Below, in pieces: positions 58,264 to 64,000 of a stretch of DNA of 64,000 nucleotides (positions are counted from its first letter, which is position 1; each line of letters starts with the position of its first letter). The DNA is taken from the NCBI GenBank assembly GCA_046484245.1, contig JAWOBN010000073.1:1-64000 (forward strand), written 5' to 3'. The stretch comes from a bacterium (lineage in GTDB: Bacteria; Hydrothermota; 32-111). The translations under genes and the position numbers were made by a program. Below the pieces are notes generated by a model. That model saw nothing but the letters and a program-made list of their open reading frames with translations, was not told the DNA's origin and ran no database searches.

Positions 58264-59571
58264 ATGGAATTTAATTTGAAAGCAGCGGAAATTGTCAGAG
58301 AACTTGATAAATACATAGTGGGTCAGGATGATGCCAAGCGGCTCGTTGCCATTGCACTGAGAAACAGATGGAGACGCATGCATGTCACTGATGATATCCG
58401 CGATGATATTATACCCTCTAATATAATAATGATTGGGCCTACGGGTGTGGGCAAGACAGAGATTGCCAGAAGGCTTGCAAAGATGGTCAGGGCACCGTTT
58501 GTCAAAATTGAGGCAAGCAAATTCACTGAAGTGGGTTATGTGGGCAAGGATGTGGAGTCCATTATCAGAGACCTCATGAGGGCATCATACAGTATAATTG
58601 AAAATGAGACAGCTGAAGAGGTGAGGGATGCAGCCCGGAAATCTGTTGAAGACAGGATACTGGACAGTCTGCTGCCGGGAAGCGACAGGGCGGAGCCGGA
58701 CACTGTGGAGAAATTCAGGGATATGCTCCGGAGGGGCATACTTGATGAGAGAGAAATTGAGATAGAGATAACAGAGAACCCCGGTTCAAAGATAGATGTG
58801 TTTTCAATGGGCGGCGGTGATGCATTTGAGGGACTGCAGGATATGTTTGAGAATCTTACGCCCAATAAGACAAAGAAGAAAAAGGTCACAGTCAAACAGG
58901 CAAGAGGCCTGCTGCTTGAAGACGAGATAAACAAACGCATAGACAAAGAGACAGTAAAGGAAAAGGCGAGGGAGAGGGCTGAGCAGCACGGGATTGTCTT
59001 TGTTGATGAAATTGACAAGATAATCACAACAGGCAATAATCAGGGTGTTGATGTATCAAGAAGCGGTGTACAGAGAGACCTTCTGCCTATTGTTGAAGGT
59101 ACGAATGTCAATACAAAACACGGTATGATAAAGACAGATTATATTCTCTTTATTGCAGCAGGAGCTTTTTCCAATGTTTCTGTTTCCGATCTGATGCCTG
59201 AACTGCAGGGCAGATTCCCGGTACGGGTTGAGCTTTCATCACTCACAGCAGAGCATTTCAGAAGAATCCTGGAGGAGCCGGATAATGCAATAACAAAGCA
59301 GTACTATTACCTGATGAAGACAGAGAATATTGAAATACAGTTCAGTGATGATGCATTGGAGAGAATTGCGGATATATCCTATAAAGCCAATCAGAAGATT
59401 GAGGATATCGGTGCAAGACGGCTCAGAACAATAATGACGAAGGTTCTGGAGGACATAATGTACAGGGCTCCTGATATTGACAGTAAGACCATTGTTATTG
59501 ACAAGGCATTTGTTGACAATGCAGTGGGAGATATATTTGAAGACAAGGATTTGAAGAAATATATACTATGA
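58264..59571 (+). CDS. hslU: ATP-dependent protease ATPase subunit HslU
   Basis: ELDKYIVGQ, GPTGVGKTEIARRLA, KFTEVGYVG, GIVFVDEIDKI, VQRDLLP, PELQGRFP, GARRL. Confidence 0.99.
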   Translation: MEFNLKAAEIVRELDKYIVGQDDAKRLVAIALRNRWRRMHVTDDIRDDIIPSNIIMIGPTGVGKTEIARRLAKMVRAPFVKIEASKFTEVGYVGKDVESIIRDLMRASYSIIENETAEEVRDAARKSVEDRILDSLLPGSDRAEPDTVEKFRDMLRRGILDEREIEIEITENPGSKIDVFSMGGGDAFEGLQDMFENLTPNKTKKKKVTVKQARGLLLEDEINKRIDKETVKEKARERAEQHGIVFVDEIDKIITTGNNQGVDVSRSGVQRDLLPIVEGTNVNTKHGMIKTDYILFIAAGAFSNVSVSDLMPELQGRFPVRVELSSLTAEHFRRILEEPDNAITKQYYYLMKTENIEIQFSDDALERIADISYKANQKIEDIGARRLRTIMTKVLEDIMYRAPDIDSKTIVIDKAFVDNAVGDIFEDKDLKKYIL

Positions 59572-60020
59572 TAACAGAACAGATAATAAAGTATATTGAT
59601 TATATCAGGCTTCATACAAGTGATATGGACCAGGTTTATACCAGGATAATGGATATGGAGCATTTTGACAGGGAAAGTGAAGAAAGGATAATATCCCTGA
59701 TGAAGCAGAATGAGAAGATCCTTTCAACAAATAACGGCAATAATGTGATATTCCCAAGATACTGTCTTGAAGACAGGGATAATTATTTCAGAATAATTAT
59801 CGGAGTGAACAATCAGGTCTTTGAATATGCAGGCAAGACAGTCGGGATTATTGTCATGATACTGTACAGTGAGGATAAAAGAGAGCTTTTTATTGATTCA
59901 CTGGCATATCTCATACGGATATTCCAGCACAAATCACTTCCGGGTAAGCTTATTGAAATGGACAGTGAAAGTGAAATAGAGGAAATAATTGAAAAATTAC
60001 TAAAGGAAATTGAAGATTAA
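59568..60020 (+). CDS. PTS EIIA(Fru/Ntr)-fold protein lacking the phospho-His
   Basis: NEKILSTNNGNNVIFPR aligns to RE...ST..G.GVAIPH; IGV...F...K.V.IIVMIL, LA.L.RIF. Confidence 0.55.
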   Translation: MITEQIIKYIDYIRLHTSDMDQVYTRIMDMEHFDRESEERIISLMKQNEKILSTNNGNNVIFPRYCLEDRDNYFRIIIGVNNQVFEYAGKTVGIIVMILYSEDKRELFIDSLAYLIRIFQHKSLPGKLIEMDSESEIEEIIEKLLKEIED

Positions 60021-60480
60021 ATTAAAAAAACTGATTTACTGGATACCAACTGCTGTATGGCTCATTTTTATGTTTATTGCCAGTTCGTTTACTGTTGACG
60101 AAACAAGCGGCAGGAATATATTCGGGATAATCGGGAGTTTTATCAGGCGTAATCTGTACAGGTTTGACAATGAGTTTCTCCATTTGATTGCCGGTAATAC
60201 TGACAAGGTTTATCATTCAGCAGAGTATCTGGTATTCAGCATTTTGCTCTATCGTTCCCTGTCCGGTTCTTTTGATTATCCTGTCTCAAAAAACATTACA
60301 ATTGCCGCATCATCTGTTATAACCATTGCCGCAATTGATGAGATGCATCAGATATTCATCAAATCGCGGTCATGCACACTGGGCGATTTCTTTGCTGACC
60401 TGATAGGCATGATGATAGTGTATATAATAATCGGTCTTATTAATATCAAACGGAGAAATAATGAATTACAGGCGCATTAA
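60010..60480 (+). CDS. VanZ family membrane protein
   Basis: W.P...W....F.ASS, DKVYHSAEY, DEMHQ.F...R.....DFFAD..G. Confidence 0.9.
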   Translation: MKIKLKKLIYWIPTAVWLIFMFIASSFTVDETSGRNIFGIIGSFIRRNLYRFDNEFLHLIAGNTDKVYHSAEYLVFSILLYRSLSGSFDYPVSKNITIAASSVITIAAIDEMHQIFIKSRSCTLGDFFADLIGMMIVYIIIGLINIKRRNNELQAH

Positions 60481-61729
60481 AGGCACAAACGACTATCTGC
60501 CCCAGCAGTCCATTCTGATAAAGAGTATTGACAGGGAGCTCTACACAATCTTTGAGTCATACGGATACAAATGGGAGATAACACCGGTACTGGAACCGTA
60601 TGAATTATTCGTAAGAAGTATAGGGCAGTCCAGTGACATAGTAAGCAAAGAGATGTTTGTTATTGATTCGTCAAAGAGTAAAATTGCTCTCAAACCCGAG
60701 GAGACAGCACCACTATTCAGGAGTGTTATTGAGAATAATTATATATCAGACAGTTCAGTGAAGAAATTATGTTATATTACCCCGATATTCCGCCATGAAA
60801 GACCGCAGAAGGGCAGATACAGGGAATTCTATCAATACGGCATTGAAGCTATCAACACAGATTCCCCGAGAAGGGATGCTGAGATCATTGAGGTCGGCAG
60901 CAATATAATAAAGCATTTCCAAATAGAAAATATTGAGCTGAATATCAATTCAATAGGATGCAGAAAGTGCAGACCGTCATACAGGGAAGGCCTTGTGCAG
61001 TATCTCACAGGAGTGGAGAATAAATTGTGCGGCAATTGTTCCAAGAGGATAGGGTCCAATCCCCTCAGGGTATTTGACTGTAAAAACAGGAGCTGCATCA
61101 ATGCTCTGGAGAAAGCCCCGAAGATAACGGATTATCTCTGTGAAACATGCTCAGACCATTTTGAGGATGTGAAGAACGGACTGGATGAGAGGGATATAAA
61201 GTTCACGGTAAATCCGCGTATTGTGAGGGGGCTTGACTATTATTCCCGAACAGTATTTGAATTCATTGAAAGGGGGGATAAACTCGGTGCCCAGTCAACT
61301 ATCATAGCAGGCGGAAGATATGATTATCTCGGAGATGAAATAGCAGGCAGGGAGATCAGGGCAGTCGGTTTTGCCGGAGGACTGGAAAGACTTGTTATGT
61401 CATTGCCTCCTCATGTCAGGGAGAAGATGCTTGCAGAGAAGAGAACGGATATTGTGATTGCCTATTTTGACAAGAAAGCATTGAAATATGCAATGAAAAC
61501 AGCGGATATGCTGAGGAAGAATAATATATCTGTTGAAATTGCCTATGAATTTGATAAAATAGGCAAGCAGATCAAATTTGCATCCAGAATAGATGCAAGA
61601 TATGTTATGGTCATTGGAGATAATGAAGTAGATACAAATCAGGTGACATTGAAGCATCTGGATTCCGGCAGGCAGCAGACAATTGAAAACAGTATTGAAG
61701 CAATAAAAGAGGTTATAAATGGAGAATGA
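60461..61729 (+). CDS. hisS: Histidine--tRNA ligase
   Basis: KGT.D, DIVSKEMF, FRHERPQKGRYREF.Q, VRGLDYY, GGRYD, GFAGGLER. Confidence 0.99.
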   Translation: MNYRRIKGTNDYLPQQSILIKSIDRELYTIFESYGYKWEITPVLEPYELFVRSIGQSSDIVSKEMFVIDSSKSKIALKPEETAPLFRSVIENNYISDSSVKKLCYITPIFRHERPQKGRYREFYQYGIEAINTDSPRRDAEIIEVGSNIIKHFQIENIELNINSIGCRKCRPSYREGLVQYLTGVENKLCGNCSKRIGSNPLRVFDCKNRSCINALEKAPKITDYLCETCSDHFEDVKNGLDERDIKFTVNPRIVRGLDYYSRTVFEFIERGDKLGAQSTIIAGGRYDYLGDEIAGREIRAVGFAGGLERLVMSLPPHVREKMLAEKRTDIVIAYFDKKALKYAMKTADMLRKNNISVEIAYEFDKIGKQIKFASRIDARYVMVIGDNEVDTNQVTLKHLDSGRQQTIENSIEAIKEVINGE

Positions 61730-63458
61730 TTACAAGACAGCAATGAGGACAATTCTATGCGGGCATGCGGATTCTGCAATGGAAGGCAGCACTGTAAGTG
61801 TCTGCGGATGGGTCAATAAGACACGCGATCACGGCAATCTCATATTTATTGATGTGAGAGACAGGAGCGGCATTGTCCAGGTATTCTCCAATGACAAGTC
61901 CATTGCAAGCCTGCTCTCTGAGCTCAGGCTTGAGGATGTTGTGCAGATAACAGGCACAGTGAGGAAGAGACCGGATGAAATGATAAACAGGGAGATACCG
62001 ACAGGCTCTATAGAGATTGAATGCAGCAACCTCAAGGTGCTTGCCAAAAGCAGTGTACCGCCCTTTGTTGTTGAGGATGATGTCAAGGCATCTGAGAACC
62101 TGAGGCTTAAATACAGATATCTTGACCTGAGAAGGCCTACAATGCAGGAAATACTGAAGAAACGCAGTGACACATACAGGGCAATGAGAAACTATCTGAC
62201 GGATAAGGGTTTCATGGAAATTGAAACACCTGTTATGTCCAGAAGCACACCCGAGGGTGCGCGTGACTATATAGTGCCTTCAAGGGTTCACCCGGGTAAA
62301 TTCTATGCACTGGTGCAGTCCCCCCAGCTGTATAAACAGCTTCTTATGGTCTCGGGCATAGACAGGTATTTCCAGTTTGCACGGTGTTTCCGTGATGAGG
62401 ATCTCAGAGCAGACAGGCAGCCGGAACATACACAGATTGACATGGAGATGAGTTTTGTTGAGAGGGAAGACATATTCCGCATTGTTGAAGGATTAATGAA
62501 ACACACATTCAGCAGTGTAATTGACACTGAGCTGAAAATCCCTTTCCCTGTAATGAGTTACCGGGAGGCAATGGATAGATTCGGAACAGATAAACCGGAT
62601 TTGAGGTTTTCACTTGAACTGATTGACATAACTCCAAAGGCGCGCGCATCAGATTCCAATATACTGAAGGACAATGAATATACCGGAGGTATATTTGTCA
62701 CTGAGTCCCTGTCACGCAAAGAGATAGACCGGTTAACTGATTTCATAAAATCTGCAGGTGCTGCGGGTCTGGGTTATATCAAAGTGAAAGAGGACAAGAA
62801 CAGCGGTCCGTTTGCAAAATTCCTTGAAGTGGATGATATCTTCAATTCACAGGAAGGTGTATTCTTTATTATGTCCGGCAAGAAACGGAGGACTCAGGAG
62901 TATCTCGGGATGCTGAGAAACAGGATTGCTGCAATGAAAGATATACGCCGGAACAATGATTTTAATTTTCTCTGGGTAACGGATTTCCCGTTATTTGATT
63001 GGGATGAGGAAGAAGAGAGATATGAACCGTTTCATCATCTCTTCACAATGCCGTCCAAACAGTTTATAGGGAGGATTGCAGAAAATCCCCTGGAAGTGAC
63101 AGGGGAACTGTATGATCTTGTCTGTAATGGAGTGGAACTTGCTTCGGGAAGTATAAGGATACATGAATACGAGATCCAGAAAGAGGTTATGGAGATAATC
63201 GGTATAGGAGAGGAAGAACTGGAAAGTAAATTCGGTTTCCTGATGGAAGCATTCAAATACGGCGCGCCCCCGCACGGAGGTATTGCGCCCGGTCTTGACA
63301 GGCTTATTATGACTATGATGGGACTGGACAATATACGCGATACAATAGCTTTCCCCAAGACCCTTAATGCAGTGGGATTGATGGAGGAATGCCCTTCCTC
63401 TGTTGACAGGAAACAGACCGATGAACTGCATATAATCGTCAAAGAGGATAAGAAATGA
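61719..63458 (+). CDS. aspS: Aspartate--tRNA ligase
   Basis: RDHG.LIFID.RD, RLKYRYLDLRR, STPEGARDY, QSPQLYKQLLM, CFRDEDLRADRQPE, PPHGG.A.GLDR. Confidence 0.99.
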   Translation: MENDYKTAMRTILCGHADSAMEGSTVSVCGWVNKTRDHGNLIFIDVRDRSGIVQVFSNDKSIASLLSELRLEDVVQITGTVRKRPDEMINREIPTGSIEIECSNLKVLAKSSVPPFVVEDDVKASENLRLKYRYLDLRRPTMQEILKKRSDTYRAMRNYLTDKGFMEIETPVMSRSTPEGARDYIVPSRVHPGKFYALVQSPQLYKQLLMVSGIDRYFQFARCFRDEDLRADRQPEHTQIDMEMSFVEREDIFRIVEGLMKHTFSSVIDTELKIPFPVMSYREAMDRFGTDKPDLRFSLELIDITPKARASDSNILKDNEYTGGIFVTESLSRKEIDRLTDFIKSAGAAGLGYIKVKEDKNSGPFAKFLEVDDIFNSQEGVFFIMSGKKRRTQEYLGMLRNRIAAMKDIRRNNDFNFLWVTDFPLFDWDEEEERYEPFHHLFTMPSKQFIGRIAENPLEVTGELYDLVCNGVELASGSIRIHEYEIQKEVMEIIGIGEEELESKFGFLMEAFKYGAPPHGGIAPGLDRLIMTMMGLDNIRDTIAFPKTLNAVGLMEECPSSVDRKQTDELHIIVKEDKK

Positions 63459-63934
63459 ATATGAGATATTACCCTGACCCTGCTCTGAGGATAAAGTCCT
63501 CAAGTATTGAAAGCATAGACAAATATATCAGAAGAGTAATAAGGGAGATGAAGGATACAATGATTCTTGAAGAAGGTATAGGGCTTGCAGCCAATCAGGT
63601 GGGGATTACAAAGCGTATTATTATAGTGGATTTCCTGGACAAAAAAGAGGCGCTTATCAATCCCCGGATAATTGAACATTCTGCTGAGAAGGAGAAAGGA
63701 ATGGAGGGATGTCTCTCATTCCCGGGTCTTCAGGTAAATATTGAGAGACATAAATCATTGACTATCAGTTATATCAATGAAGATGGCATGGAAGAGACAA
63801 GGGAATTACAGGGTCTCAATGCTATCGCCATTCAGCATGAGATTGACCATTTGAACGGGAAGCTGATCATTGACTATATGGCCCCGCGCGAGAGGCTTGA
63901 ATATAATCTTAGAGTAAATTCAAAGGAGTTATGA
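63455..63934 (+). CDS. def: Peptide deformylase
   Basis: GIGLAANQVG, EGCLS, QHEIDHLNG. Confidence 0.99.
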   Translation: MNMRYYPDPALRIKSSSIESIDKYIRRVIREMKDTMILEEGIGLAANQVGITKRIIIVDFLDKKEALINPRIIEHSAEKEKGMEGCLSFPGLQVNIERHKSLTISYINEDGMEETRELQGLNAIAIQHEIDHLNGKLIIDYMAPRERLEYNLRVNSKEL

Positions 63935-64000
63935 TGATGGAAGTGCAATTACTCAAAGACATGACATTTATCGGTAAATCAGCAACAGGGCATTCTGTTG
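63931..64000 (+). CDS. Probable OsmC-family protein, 5' end (3' truncated)
   Basis: MMMEVQLLKDMTFIGKSATGHSV resembles the OsmC/YhfA N-terminus (M.F.G....GH.V); AGGAG RBS; overlaps def stop. Confidence 0.6.
   Translation, partial: MMMEVQLLKDMTFIGKSATGHSV

Noticed and set aside
222..63503. Numerous 60-195 aa antisense or alternate-frame ORFs inside known genes
   Set aside because: They are shadows of the codon bias of conserved genes, with no independent signals.
1..64000. tRNA, rRNA, prophage, selenoprotein or programmed frameshift
   Set aside because: No cloverleaf or rRNA motifs in the intergenic gaps, no phage hallmark genes, and no split or TGA-interrupted conserved genes were noticed.

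Overview
AT-rich bacterial chromosome segment, probably from an uncultured FCB-related lineage such as WOR-3/TA06. This is inferred from the PorU/PorV-like pair, the T9SS-type C-terminal domains and the anaerobic oxidative-stress genes, not from a database search. Bases 1-14562 hold the 3' end of tuf and a complete S10-spc-alpha ribosomal superoperon with no map gene. The rest is housekeeping (yggS, tsaD, rnr, guaB, holA, ptrB, hslVU, hisS, aspS, def) mixed with accessory genes. Main observations: (1) a non-coding family of paired inverted repeats with core CCAAATCCCRGGGACNNCCCTT and pair-specific co-variation, found nested at 44.57-45.26 kb and again at 54.4-55.0 kb, with two copies sharing an identical 156-bp geometry; (2) all 12 sigma70-like promoters I could identify have a 16-bp spacer, and four appear leaderless; (3) a superoxide reductase-diiron ferritin-like fusion next to a rubredoxin-cupin fusion; (4) a GGDEF-degenerate STAND NTPase-TPR protein translationally coupled to hslV, while hslU has its own promoter; (5) a gap-free 14.5-kb run joining T9SS-like cargo, PorU/PorV-like genes and Wzx/Wzy glycan genes; (6) three apparent pseudo-enzymes (M3/M2 peptidase, rhomboid, PTS EIIA). 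No rRNA, tRNA, CRISPR array or transposase gene was seen.
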